44,456 nt of DNA from Acutalibacteraceae bacterium (GTDB taxonomy: Bacteria; Bacillota; Clostridia; Oscillospirales; Acutalibacteraceae): positions 1 to 44,456 of the forward strand of contig JAZQWD010000082.1 of NCBI GenBank assembly GCA_045632165.1, in the 5' to 3' direction. Positions 1-9,208 of the stretch are shown here, piece by piece (position 1 is the first letter of the stretch; each line of letters begins with the position of its first letter). The notes below the pieces were generated by a model, which did no database searches, was not told where the DNA came from, and was given only the letters and a program-made list of their open reading frames with translations. The position numbers and the translations under genes were made by a program.

Positions 1-865
1 AACGGGTAATAAATTGCTCATCTACTGAAATTTTTCCAAACTTGTGATAATTCCAATAAATGCCGGGGCGCACAGCTTCCAACATAGCGGTTTGGTCCCA
101 ACTGCATCTTCCCTTGCCCTGGTTATGCAGCTGATAAGCAACGGCGACAGGGTCATTTTTGGGTGCTCTTTCAGGGTATCCTACCATAGTTTTAATATAT
201 ACGCCTATTTCAAAGCTGGAAAAAACCAATTCACCCGGCCATTTATCACAAACGGTTTGTGCTGCGGAAAGCCCACTTCCCTTAATATTCCATTCCCAAG
301 TAACAGGTTTGGTATTATCGCCATCACAATAAATATTCATAGGCCAGGTTTCAAAAAAACGGCCGCCCATTACAATAGTGCGATTTATCTTTCGCGATAT
401 AAGTTCTTTTCCCGTATACGGCGAAATTTCATCGGCTTGGCTGGTTAAAAGCTTAGCCATTGAAGTTAAAGCGCCTGTAACAACAAATGTTACGCTGCCA
501 TCTTCGGCATTGGCTAATGTTTTTCGCAATATTGTCAAAGTATCGGGCACACCGTTATCAACACCAAAATTTTCAGCCGGATAATCATTTGGAAAGTTTT
601 CGCATAAGATAGCGGCATAAACGCCCCTTTCATTCGGCATTAGAACTTCATAATTAATTCCAACAGGAACCCTTCTGCCAAAATATCCATTAATCGCATC
701 TATGCAACCGGCAACATAAGGTGTTGCAAAGCAGTGGGTAACTGCCAAAAGCTCGGCTTCGCCTTTATCACAAAGGCGATGAAGCATTGCCAATGTGCCC
801 GCATCGTCGCAATCACCACCAATGTCAGTGTCAAACAAAATTTTAACTTTGTTTTTTTTAGACAT
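1..865 (-). CDS. Inosine-uridine-preferring nucleoside hydrolase (IUNH) family protein, partial (C-terminus lies beyond the left edge)
   Basis: Hand translation of the minus strand from the ATG at 865 gives MSKKNKVKILFDTDIGGDCDDAGTLAMLHRLCDKGEAELLAVTHCF... This contains the DTDxGxDxDD signature of IUNH-type ribohydrolases. The frame stays open for all 288 codons down to position 2. A GGGGA RBS lies about 8 nt upstream. The ORF is absent from the track because it has no stop codon in the window. Confidence 0.8.
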   Translation of the reverse strand, partial: MSKKNKVKILFDTDIGGDCDDAGTLAMLHRLCDKGEAELLAVTHCFATPYVAGCIDAINGYFGRRVPVGINYEVLMPNERGVYAAILCENFPNDYPAENFGVDNGVPDTLTILRKTLANAEDGSVTFVVTGALTSMAKLLTSQADEISPYTGKELISRKINRTIVMGGRFFETWPMNIYCDGDNTKPVTWEWNIKGSGLSAAQTVCDKWPGELVFSSFEIGVYIKTMVGYPERAPKNDPVAVAYQLHNQGKGRCSWDQTAMLEAVRPGIYWNYHKFGKISVDEQFITR

Positions 866-880
866 ATTTAATATCCCCAT

Positions 881-1774
881 TTACCATACATTTTCTTTAA
901 AGCTTGAACCAAATTCCGACGGGGTCATCCCGACACGTTTTTTAAACAGTCTCGCAAAATAAGACGGATTTTGAAAGCCCAATTTGTCCGAAATTTGCGA
1001 AATGGTCATTTCACTTTCAGTTATAAGGCGTTTAGCCTCGTCAATTTTTAAATCTATAAAATAGTTTATTATTCCGCCTTGATGTGATTTTTGAAAGGTT
1101 TTTTTAAGCATTGACGGACTACAATTGAAATTATTTGAAATTTCTTTAATTGTAACGTTGTCACATATATGCTTTTCAAGATAGACTTCAACGTCGGCCA
1201 TAAAACGCTTATCAACTGCTTGCTTTGTATATGTGTCAAGTCTTTCGGGTGGGTTTGTGTTATCCTTTCGTAAAATAATTGAAACCAGTAAAAGTTGCAA
1301 TAAATTTTTTACAGTTTGTGAATAAAACACCGCTTCGTTGTTATTTGATTTTGCAGTTATACGGCCGGGTATAATTTTTGTTTTATACGCCTTTTGGGAA
1401 TAACGGTATGCGTCATATAAATAGTTGCGTTCCTGTGTGTTTAAAAAGAAAAAACCGTTTTCTAAAACTGACATTGCGGGACTTTGACAAGCAAAAGCAA
1501 CCACAAAATAATTTGCAGCAGTATTTTCATAAGCACAAACAGCGTGAAATTCATTCGGCTTATGAAATGCTATTTCGCCCGATTTTAATACATAATTATT
1601 ATCCCCCGCTGTAATCATTACCTTGCCCTTATCAACATATATCATTTCCCAAATGGGATGCTGTTCACCTATAACGCTAAAATTGCGTGGTGCCTTATGA
1701 TAAAACAAGCTAATAATATTTGTAATGTTTACTTCATCGTTAAGCGGATATCCCGAAAGCTTAAAATTTTCCAA
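881..1774 (-). CDS. AraC family transcriptional regulator (N-terminal cupin-like sensor plus C-terminal double HTH)
   Basis: The C-terminus (ISNNFNCSPSMLKKTFQ...ISQISDKLGFQNPSYFARLFKKRVGMTPSEF) is a typical AraC/XylS HTH pair. The TTG start is preceded by a GGGAGGA RBS. The stop lies 15 nt upstream of the nucleoside hydrolase start. Confidence 0.85.
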   Translation of the reverse strand: MENFKLSGYPLNDEVNITNIISLFYHKAPRNFSVIGEQHPIWEMIYVDKGKVMITAGDNNYVLKSGEIAFHKPNEFHAVCAYENTAANYFVVAFACQSPAMSVLENGFFFLNTQERNYLYDAYRYSQKAYKTKIIPGRITAKSNNNEAVFYSQTVKNLLQLLLVSIILRKDNTNPPERLDTYTKQAVDKRFMADVEVYLEKHICDNVTIKEISNNFNCSPSMLKKTFQKSHQGGIINYFIDLKIDEAKRLITESEMTISQISDKLGFQNPSYFARLFKKRVGMTPSEFGSSFKENVW

Positions 1775-1960
1775 AATAGCCGTTCCTCCCTAACATATAA
1801 ATGCCTATATTAACAATAGCACAAAAAGTCACAAAAGCCAAGAGAAAATATTACGGCGTGTCCGATAGTGTGATATTTGTGCCTAATAATTTCTTAAAAC
1901 ATATTGTGTTTTTTGATATGCTATAAGTATAAAAAAATCATTTTAAAAAGGTGATAAATT

Positions 1961-2791
1961 ATGAAAAAAGGTATAAGCATTTGGACATTTAATGACCGAA
2001 GCCCCGAAGCATGCTTTGCGTTGGCTAAAAAGTATGGCTTTGACGGTGTTGAGGTTGGACTTGGCAGCGTTGGCCCTCTACGTTATGATTCTACTGTAGA
2101 CGAAATTAAAGCATACAAGAAAGCTGCCGAAAGCTATGGAATTTCTTTTTACAGCCTTGTTTGTGACGACTGTTGGAAATATCCGCTTACATCCGATTCG
2201 CCCGAAATTCGCCAAAAGGGTGCTGAAATTGTTAAAAAGCAAATTGAGGTTGCGGCACTTTTGGGCTGTGATACAACCTTGGTTTTACCCGGTATGGTAC
2301 AGGGTCTCGCCCCCGACAGCGAGGTTATTCCTTATGATGTTGCCTACGACCGCGCCCTTACCGAAATGAAAAAACTCGCCAAAATTGCTGAAGAATATAA
2401 CGTAACACTTGGTGTTGAAAACGTTTGGAACAAGTTTTTACTTTCACCTTTAGAAATGCGTGATTTTATTGACCGTGTTGGCAGTCCGCGCGTTGCCGCA
2501 TATTTTGACGTTGGCAACGTTGTAATTAACGGTTTTCCTGAGCAGTGGATTAAAATTCTCGGCACTCGTATTGCTAAGGTGCATTTTAAAGACTTCAAAC
2601 GCAGTATTGGTACAGCCGACGGCTTTGTAGATATTTTAGACGGCGACGTAGATTATACTGCTGTTATGGCTGAGCTTGAAAAAGCAGGTTATAACGGTTG
2701 GGTAACAGCCGAAGTTTTCCCTCTTGACGGCGACACCGAAAAAACATTGGCGGTAAATTCAGCCGCTATGGATAAAATTTTAAATAGATAA
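1961..2791 (+). CDS. Sugar phosphate isomerase/epimerase (xylose isomerase-like TIM barrel) family protein
   Basis: The 276-aa length and the pattern ...LGCDTTLVLPG...LGVENVWNKFL...AAYFDVGN...HFKD... fit the AP-endonuclease-2/xylose-isomerase-like TIM barrel family. An AAGGTGA RBS is present. Confidence 0.75.
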   Translation: MKKGISIWTFNDRSPEACFALAKKYGFDGVEVGLGSVGPLRYDSTVDEIKAYKKAAESYGISFYSLVCDDCWKYPLTSDSPEIRQKGAEIVKKQIEVAALLGCDTTLVLPGMVQGLAPDSEVIPYDVAYDRALTEMKKLAKIAEEYNVTLGVENVWNKFLLSPLEMRDFIDRVGSPRVAAYFDVGNVVINGFPEQWIKILGTRIAKVHFKDFKRSIGTADGFVDILDGDVDYTAVMAELEKAGYNGWVTAEVFPLDGDTEKTLAVNSAAMDKILNR

Positions 2792-2803
2792 GGAGAAAAT
2801 AGT

Positions 2804-3811
2804 ATGATTAATGTTGCAATAATTGGTTTTGGCGGTATTGCAAAAGCCGCACACCTTAACCCATATTTACAACTACAAAAGGATGGCATTTTAAACCTTG
2901 TTGCAGTTTGTGATGTTTGTCCCGAACGATTTGAAGAAAAGGCTGAAATCAACATTGGCGAATCAGACTTAATGCTTGATGAAACCGTTAATAAATACAC
3001 CAATTATAAAGAAATGCTTGAAAAAGAAAGCATTGATATGGTGGATATTTGTCTTCCAACATATTTACACGCCGAGGCCACAATCTATGCCCTTAATGCA
3101 GGCTGTCACGTGCTTTGCGAAAAGCCTATGAGCTTAAACTTCGAGCTTTGCCAAAATATGATAAACGCCGCTAACAAAAACGGCAAAAAGCTTATGATTG
3201 GTCAATGCTTACGCTTCTTTAATATTTATAACTATTTAAGAGAGATTGTAGTAAATAAAACCTATGGTGATGTCAAGGGCGGCATATTCTTCCGCTCAAG
3301 CGCGCCACCAATTTGGGGCTGGGAAAACTGGTTTTTAGATTATGAAAAATCACACGGTTGCATTACAGATATGCATATACACGATATTGATATGGTTCGT
3401 TACACCTTTGGTGAACCTATGGCGGTTTCGTGTCACACACAAGATATTTATTCCAAAAAGGATGCCGCACATTCAACCCTAAAATACCCCGACTTTTCTA
3501 TTCTTGCTATTGGTGATTGGTCGCAGGAAGGCACCTCGTTCTCGTTCGGTTACCGCATTTCGCTTGAAAAGGCAATTGTTGACTGTGCAGGCGGCACAAT
3601 TACGGTATATCCCCGCGGTGGAGAAGCATATCAGCCGGAATTACCCACAGATGACTGTTACTTTAACGAAATTAAATTCTTTGTTGAAAGCATCGTAAAC
3701 GGTACCGAAAACCTTGCTAACCCACCCGAAAGTGCTGCTTTATCGATTAAGCTAATTAACAAGCTTATTGAAAGTTCGGACAAAAACGGTGAATATCTTA
3801 CCTTTGCTTAA
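2804..3811 (+). CDS. Gfo/Idh/MocA family oxidoreductase
   Basis: It has the N-terminal Rossmann motif VAIIGFGGIAKAAH and the HVLCEKP motif. An AAGGAG RBS is present, and the gap to the upstream gene is 12 nt. Confidence 0.85.
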   Translation: MINVAIIGFGGIAKAAHLNPYLQLQKDGILNLVAVCDVCPERFEEKAEINIGESDLMLDETVNKYTNYKEMLEKESIDMVDICLPTYLHAEATIYALNAGCHVLCEKPMSLNFELCQNMINAANKNGKKLMIGQCLRFFNIYNYLREIVVNKTYGDVKGGIFFRSSAPPIWGWENWFLDYEKSHGCITDMHIHDIDMVRYTFGEPMAVSCHTQDIYSKKDAAHSTLKYPDFSILAIGDWSQEGTSFSFGYRISLEKAIVDCAGGTITVYPRGGEAYQPELPTDDCYFNEIKFFVESIVNGTENLANPPESAALSIKLINKLIESSDKNGEYLTFA

Positions 3812-3834
3812 TATTTATAATTAAGGTGAATTAT

Positions 3835-5736
3835 ATGAATTTACGAGTTCCCGCAATACCTTTAATAACTATTGACCCATACTTTTCAGTTTGGGCAGGT
3901 AAATCATTACAGCAAAACACTATGCATTGGTCAAATAACCCCAACACAACCTGTGTTCAGGTTACAGTTGACGGCAACACCCTTCACGCCTTAGGTCATA
4001 AGCCCGAAGTGATTAAGGATATGCCTGATATGACAATCGAAAACGTTGATATGGACGCTTTTTCAACAATTATAACATATAAGACCGATGCGATTCGCTT
4101 AACCCTTAAATTCACATCTCCCCTTTTAGTTGAGGATTTATATTACGCTTCACGTCCTGTTTCATACTGTAAGGCCAGCTATGAAAGTCTAGACGGTAAA
4201 CCACACGAGGTTTCAGTTAAATTCATCTTAACCGAAGAGCTAGTGCTTTTTAAAAGAGGAGAAGGTCGCGCAATTGCCGATGTTGTAGAAATTGAAAATA
4301 TCTCCGCCATTAAGATGGGTGGCGGCGAACAAAAGGTTTTGGGCAGAAGCGGCGACAATATTTGCATAGACTGGGGCTATTTATATCTTTGTATAAAAGG
4401 CAACGGAAATGTAAAGCACACCTATTTTGACGGTATGTATGCCATAAGCGGTGAAGCAAAACTTAATGATGAAGCGTTATTTTTATTCGCTTATGACGAT
4501 ATTTACAGTATTCAGTACTTTAAAGAAAATTTAAAGGCATATTGGCGTAAGGACGGAAAAACTATCGAGCAAGCCATTATCGAAGCGGCTAACGATTACG
4601 ACAGTCTTATTATTAGATGTAAGGAATTTTCCGACAAGGTTAAAACCGAAGCCACAGAAAAGGGCAGCGAAAAATATGCCGAGCTTTTGCTTTTAGCTAT
4701 TCGTCAGGTTATGGCTGCCCATAAGCTTGTAGTTGATAACAAGGGTAATAATCTTTACATTTCCAAGGAATGTTGGTCGGACGGCTGCGCCGCAACGGTG
4801 GACGTAACCTACCCATCAGCGCCTATGTATTTAATTTATAATACTGAGCTTTTAAAGGGTATGCTTCGTCCTGTTATGGATTATGCATATTCTGACGAAT
4901 GGACCCCCGACTATGCCCCGCACGATTTGGGTGAATACCCGCTTTTAAACGGTCAGTTGTATGGTGTAACCCGCAACCCCGATGGCACAGTAGTAATTGA
5001 CCACAATATGCAAATGCCGGTTGAAGAATGTGGCAATATGATTATTTTATTTGCCGCTATTTGCGACGCCGATAACAACACTGACTTTGTGGCAGAGCAT
5101 ATTGACACCTTGCGTACTTGGTGTAAATATCTTATCAAATACGGTCTTGACCCCGAGCATCAACTTTGTACCGACGACTTTGCAGGTCACATGGCGCATA
5201 ACGTAAACCTTTCAATTAAAGCTATTATGGGTATTGCGGCATACAGCCGTATACTTAAACGACTTAGTATTGATGGTGAATCCGAGGAAATGATGCAAAA
5301 GGCCCGTGAATATGCAAAATCGGTTGTAACACGCGCCGCTAATACTGACGGCAGCTACCGTTTGGCTTATGACAAGCCCGACAGCTTTTCACTTAAATAT
5401 AACGCCGTTTGGGATAAAATTTGGAAAACAAACCTATTCCCTAAGGAATTTTACGAAGGTGAAATTAAGCGTTATAAAAAAGAAACACTACCCTATGGTG
5501 TGCCGCTTGACAGCCGTGAAAAATACACCAAATCGGACTGGTTATTGTGGGTGGCTTCAATAGCTGACAACAAGGAAGATTTTACCGCCCTTGTTGATCC
5601 TATGTGGAACGCCTTTAATACAATGCGTACACGCGTGCCTATGTCCGACTGGTATTATTGCGACACGTCAGATTCATGTATGTTCCAAAACAGAACAGTT
5701 CAAGCTGGTCTTTTCATAAGACTTATGTTAGATTAA
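3835..5736 (+). CDS. DUF4965/DUF1793 (glutaminase-A-like, presumed alpha/alpha-barrel glycoside-hydrolase-like) protein, cytoplasmic
   Basis: The conserved core EKYAELLLLAIRQVMAAHKLV...ISKECWSDGCAATVDVTYPSAPMYLIYN matches what I recall of the GtaA-like family. There is no signal peptide. The track starts the ORF at GTG 3826, but that GTG is part of an AAGGTG RBS. ATG 3835 (MNLRVPAIPLITIDPYF) is the better start. Confidence 0.65.
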   Translation: MNLRVPAIPLITIDPYFSVWAGKSLQQNTMHWSNNPNTTCVQVTVDGNTLHALGHKPEVIKDMPDMTIENVDMDAFSTIITYKTDAIRLTLKFTSPLLVEDLYYASRPVSYCKASYESLDGKPHEVSVKFILTEELVLFKRGEGRAIADVVEIENISAIKMGGGEQKVLGRSGDNICIDWGYLYLCIKGNGNVKHTYFDGMYAISGEAKLNDEALFLFAYDDIYSIQYFKENLKAYWRKDGKTIEQAIIEAANDYDSLIIRCKEFSDKVKTEATEKGSEKYAELLLLAIRQVMAAHKLVVDNKGNNLYISKECWSDGCAATVDVTYPSAPMYLIYNTELLKGMLRPVMDYAYSDEWTPDYAPHDLGEYPLLNGQLYGVTRNPDGTVVIDHNMQMPVEECGNMIILFAAICDADNNTDFVAEHIDTLRTWCKYLIKYGLDPEHQLCTDDFAGHMAHNVNLSIKAIMGIAAYSRILKRLSIDGESEEMMQKAREYAKSVVTRAANTDGSYRLAYDKPDSFSLKYNAVWDKIWKTNLFPKEFYEGEIKRYKKETLPYGVPLDSREKYTKSDWLLWVASIADNKEDFTALVDPMWNAFNTMRTRVPMSDWYYCDTSDSCMFQNRTVQAGLFIRLMLD

Positions 5737-5748
5737 AGGAGTAATAAA

Positions 5749-6576
5749 ATGAAGGTTGGTTGCGTAGTAGTTTACGGCAAAAAGGATATATTTGAAAGCT
5801 TTGCCGAGCTTAGAAAAAACGGTTTTGACAACTGTCAGCTTATTTGTTGGGATGCGATAAACGATTATACCGATAAAGAAGCTGAAAAAATTAATAAAGC
5901 CAAGGCCGAGTATGACATTGAGATTACAACCCTTTGGGCAGGCTGGTCAGGCCCCAAGATTTGGGATTTTTACGACGGACAGGAAACCCTTGGACTTTTA
6001 CCCGCGGCATACAGAGCTATGCGTGTTGAAGAACTTATAAAGGGTGCTGAATTTGCAACTAAAATTGGTGTAAACAGCATAACAACCCACGCGGGCTTTA
6101 TACCCGAAAATCCCCACAGTGCCGATTATCACGGTTTAATTTCCGCCTTAAAGGCTGTTGCCCAAAAAGCAAAGGAATTAGGCATTGAATTTCGTTTTGA
6201 AAGCGGACAGGAAACACCCATTACCTTGCTTCGCGCAATTCAGGACATTGGTACCGATAACCTTGGCATTAACCTTGACCCCGCAAACCTTATTGTTTAC
6301 GGTAAGGCAAACCCCTGCGATGCATTGATGACTATTGGCAAATATGTAAAGGGTGTGCACGCAAAGGATGGCAAATACCCCACCGACGGACGATTTTTAG
6401 GTGAAGAAACACCTTTGGGTGAAGGCCTTGTAAACTTCCCAAGACTTATCCCCTTGCTTAAAGAATGCGGTTATGACGGTCCCCTTACCATTGAACGCGA
6501 AATTGAAGGCGAACAGCAAATTATTGATATTATTAATGGCAAGAAGTTCTTAGAAGAAATTATTGCCGCAAGCTAA
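5749..6576 (+). CDS. Sugar phosphate isomerase/epimerase (xylose isomerase-like TIM barrel) family protein
   Basis: It is 275 aa. ...ITTHAGFIP...FRFESGQET...INLDPANL...HAKDG... is the typical metal-ligand pattern of this TIM-barrel family. An AAAGGAG RBS is present. Confidence 0.75.
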   Translation: MKVGCVVVYGKKDIFESFAELRKNGFDNCQLICWDAINDYTDKEAEKINKAKAEYDIEITTLWAGWSGPKIWDFYDGQETLGLLPAAYRAMRVEELIKGAEFATKIGVNSITTHAGFIPENPHSADYHGLISALKAVAQKAKELGIEFRFESGQETPITLLRAIQDIGTDNLGINLDPANLIVYGKANPCDALMTIGKYVKGVHAKDGKYPTDGRFLGEETPLGEGLVNFPRLIPLLKECGYDGPLTIEREIEGEQQIIDIINGKKFLEEIIAAS

Positions 6577-6591
6577 TTTAGGGAGATACTT

Positions 6592-7617
6592 ATGGAAAAA
6601 TTAAGAGTTTGTATAGCCGGCTGCGGAAATATTTTTACAATGCATTCAACCTCGGTTGCTTCCTTTAGCGATGCCGAACTTGTGGGTGTTTGTGATATTA
6701 AGCCCGAAAGAGCTATTGCCGCTGCCGAAAAATTCAACACCAAGGCATATACCGATTATAAAGTAATGCTTGCCGAACAAAAGCCCGACATTCTTCATGT
6801 ATGTCTACCCCACTATTTACATCCAATCGTATCCAAATATGCCATACAGCAAGGCATTAACGTACTTTGCGAAAAACCGATAAGCATAAATATGGACGAT
6901 GCAATCGAAAATGTAAGACTTGCAAAGGAAAAGGGCGTATTATACGGAATTATTTTCCAATGCAGATATAACACCGTTTCACAAACCGTTAAAAAATATA
7001 TTGAAAACGGTAAGCTTGGTAAGGTTTTAAGCGCGCGTTCAGTTCTGACCTGGTGTAAGCCCGACAGCTATTATTCCCTTTCAGACTGGAAGGGTACTTG
7101 GGATAAAGAGGGTGGCGGTGTTGTTATTGACCAAGCCATTCATTCAATGGACCTTGTGAATTGGTTTGTTGATTCCGAGCCGGCATCGGTTTACGCCCAT
7201 TATGACAACCGCGACCACGAAATAATGCAGGTGGATGATAGTGCCGAAGGTCTTATAAAATATAAGAACGGCGTAAATTACGGCTTTTGGGCGATGAACA
7301 ATTACGGCGTTGACGAGCCGATAGAAATTCGCCTTTTGTGTGAAAACGGTAAAGCCGTGCTTTCTTACGATGATATGACAATAACCCTTAATGACGGAAC
7401 AGTAATTACCGACGCACAGGATATGTCCGATGCGCTTAATTACGAAAATGGCAAGGATTATTGGGGTTTTCAGCACGTAAAGCAAATACGCCAATTTTAT
7501 AATAGCGTTCAGGGCAAGGAAGCGCTCGAAATATCTGCCGAAGAAGCGCTTAAAATTCAAAAAATCATCTGTGCAATTTATGAAAGCTCACGTCAAGGTA
7601 AACCCATAGAATTTTAA
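6592..7617 (+). CDS. Gfo/Idh/MocA family oxidoreductase
   Basis: It has the Rossmann motif VCIAGCGNIF and the NVLCEKP motif. A GGGAGA RBS is present. This is the last gene of the plus-strand block. Confidence 0.85.
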   Translation: MEKLRVCIAGCGNIFTMHSTSVASFSDAELVGVCDIKPERAIAAAEKFNTKAYTDYKVMLAEQKPDILHVCLPHYLHPIVSKYAIQQGINVLCEKPISINMDDAIENVRLAKEKGVLYGIIFQCRYNTVSQTVKKYIENGKLGKVLSARSVLTWCKPDSYYSLSDWKGTWDKEGGGVVIDQAIHSMDLVNWFVDSEPASVYAHYDNRDHEIMQVDDSAEGLIKYKNGVNYGFWAMNNYGVDEPIEIRLLCENGKAVLSYDDMTITLNDGTVITDAQDMSDALNYENGKDYWGFQHVKQIRQFYNSVQGKEALEISAEEALKIQKIICAIYESSRQGKPIEF

Positions 7618-7622
7618 AAATT

Positions 7623-7660
7623 AAAACCACGAAACAATTAAGTTTCGTGGTTTTTGCTTT
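7623..7660. terminator. Bidirectional rho-independent terminator between convergent genes
   Basis: There is a perfect 13-bp stem: aaaaccacgaaac (7623-7635) pairs with gtttcgtggtttt (7642-7654) around a 6-nt loop. T-rich runs flank it on both strands. It sits between the stop at 7617 (+) and the stop at 7662 (-). Confidence 0.75.
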
Positions 7661-7661
7661 T

Positions 7662-8306
7662 TTATTTAATTTTTTCAAAACCTTCAAGCCATTTTCTTTT
7701 AATGAGCTCGTGTCCCTTCGCTGTGGGATGCACACCGTCATAAGCCCAATATATCGAGGGAGCTTTTGTACATGCTTCATCAAAAGCAGCCTGTAAATCA
7801 ATATAAGTAAGGTCAAATTTTTCTGCAACTGATTTTGCTGCTTCGGCACGCTTTGCAACCTCGGTACTAAAACAATCAAATCTTGTAGGGTTTTCTTCAT
7901 TATTGCAGGTTGCCGGACCATTGAGAACATAAGGTAATAACAACATTATCTTAACATCAGGCAATTCGTCCTTAATTTCCTCAATCAGCATAGTGTATAT
8001 TTTTAAAAATTTTTTAGCCGAAACACCGTTTTGGCTACCAATTTCATGCCAAACATCATTAACACCAATAAGAATACTTAAATAATCCGGCTTAAGATTA
8101 ATTATATCGGATTTTATGCGGGCGTACATATCAACTATACGGTTGCCGTTTATACCACGATTTAAAAAGGTGTATTCTTCGGGATATTCATACCCCATTT
8201 GTGCTTCAACCATTCGAACATAGCCCAAACCTGAAAACATATCATTTTCACGGTTACGACCGCAATCAGTGATAGAATCACCCTGAAAAACAATAATTTT
8301 AGCCAT
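7662..8306 (-). CDS. SGNH/GDSL hydrolase family esterase (probable carbohydrate O-acetylesterase)
   Basis: The N-terminal block I motif is FQGDSITD. Later blocks are NRGINGN and GVNDVW, and there is a C-terminal DGVHPT (DxxH). There is no signal peptide. Its start overlaps the upstream AraC stop by 8 nt. Confidence 0.8.
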   Translation of the reverse strand: MAKIIVFQGDSITDCGRNRENDMFSGLGYVRMVEAQMGYEYPEEYTFLNRGINGNRIVDMYARIKSDIINLKPDYLSILIGVNDVWHEIGSQNGVSAKKFLKIYTMLIEEIKDELPDVKIMLLLPYVLNGPATCNNEENPTRFDCFSTEVAKRAEAAKSVAEKFDLTYIDLQAAFDEACTKAPSIYWAYDGVHPTAKGHELIKRKWLEGFEKIK

Positions 8307-9189
8307 AAATTTTCTCCTGTTCTAAATATTGTCGTGGAGTTAACCCCGTATGCCTTTTAAACACTGAGGAAAAATAATGTACACTTGCAAAACCTGTTTT
8401 TTCGGCAACTGTGCTTATAGAATAACCTTGTTTTTGCAATAACTCCTTAGCTTTTTCAATGCGCAAATCTGTAAGGTATGCAATAATCGAACAACCCATT
8501 TGCTGTGCAAAAATTCGTTTAAGCGTAGAAACACTTATATAATTACTTTTCGCCAAGTCATCAAGGGTTATTTTTTCGCTTATATGTTCCTTCATATAGG
8601 CTATAACCCTATGTGACAGCTCGGTTTGTGTTTGATGCGATGTAGAAGCAATCAGACGGTTTTCGGCTGAAATATTACGATTTCCGCGAATAGCCGATAT
8701 CATAAGTTCCTCCAAACGATTACAAATTATTTGTTCGCTTCCGTACGGAGTATCATTAAGCTTATCCATAGAAATCGCCGAGGCAGATTGTGCATAAAAA
8801 TTAGTGTACGTACTCTTAGCTTCACGTATAATTGCAGATACACACTGCCTTTCTTCACTATTAAGAATGGCTATATTTTTTTCAAAAATCTTCATATTTA
8901 CGCCTCTTACATCAAAGGCTAAAGTTAAAACCGAAGCATTCTTTCCTTGCCATACCCAACACCGATGAAAAACATTCGGCTTGCAAAAAATAATCTCGCC
9001 CGACTTTAACAAATACCTCTTATCATCCTGCTCGATTACTATTTGTCCGCGTTCAATATAGCTTAATTCCCAAAAATCGTGCGATTCTCCGGCAAATTCA
9101 AAATTTTCCGAAAAATTGTAATATGCAACATTAATTAATGACGTTACGCGAAAAACAGGGTCAATATTTTTATGTAAATACCCTTCCAC
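8299..9189 (-). CDS. AraC family transcriptional regulator embedded in the long minus-strand array
   Basis: The C-terminal double HTH reads LAKSNYISVSTLKRIFAQ...VAEKTGFASVHYFSSVFKRHTGLTPRQY. The N-terminus is cupin-like. The start is GTG. Confidence 0.85.
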   Translation of the reverse strand: MEGYLHKNIDPVFRVTSLINVAYYNFSENFEFAGESHDFWELSYIERGQIVIEQDDKRYLLKSGEIIFCKPNVFHRCWVWQGKNASVLTLAFDVRGVNMKIFEKNIAILNSEERQCVSAIIREAKSTYTNFYAQSASAISMDKLNDTPYGSEQIICNRLEELMISAIRGNRNISAENRLIASTSHQTQTELSHRVIAYMKEHISEKITLDDLAKSNYISVSTLKRIFAQQMGCSIIAYLTDLRIEKAKELLQKQGYSISTVAEKTGFASVHYFSSVFKRHTGLTPRQYLEQEKIYG

Positions 9190-9208
9190 CTATTTCACCA
9201 CTTGCAAA

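Noticed and set aside
44-584. Plus-strand ORFs 44-448 (134 aa) and 378-584 (68 aa) from the track
   Set aside because: They lie antisense to an uninterrupted minus-strand frame with a clear nucleoside-hydrolase motif and an RBS. Their translations are low-complexity and carry no motifs.
3826-3834. GTG start at 3826 for the first DUF4965 gene. The same issue affects the track starts at 10129, 18808, 24880, 31699, 32880 and 40779.
   Set aside because: In each case the upstream start codon is part of the Shine-Dalgarno sequence or lies upstream of it. A downstream ATG or TTG has proper 5-9 nt spacing. The trimmed starts are still predictions only.
3835-5736. Taking the glutaminase label of the DUF4965/DUF1793 family literally (also applies to 36674-38581)
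   Set aside because: The carbohydrate context and the pairing with sugar oxidoreductases argue for a glycan-related role. The glutaminase name derives from distant fungal homologues and is not supported by anything in this window.
7144-7930. Minus-strand ORFs 7144-7560 (138 aa) and 7565-7930 (121 aa)
   Set aside because: The first is antisense to the Gfo/Idh/MocA gene. The second is an alternative frame that spans the terminator and overlaps the SGNH gene. Neither has an RBS or motifs.
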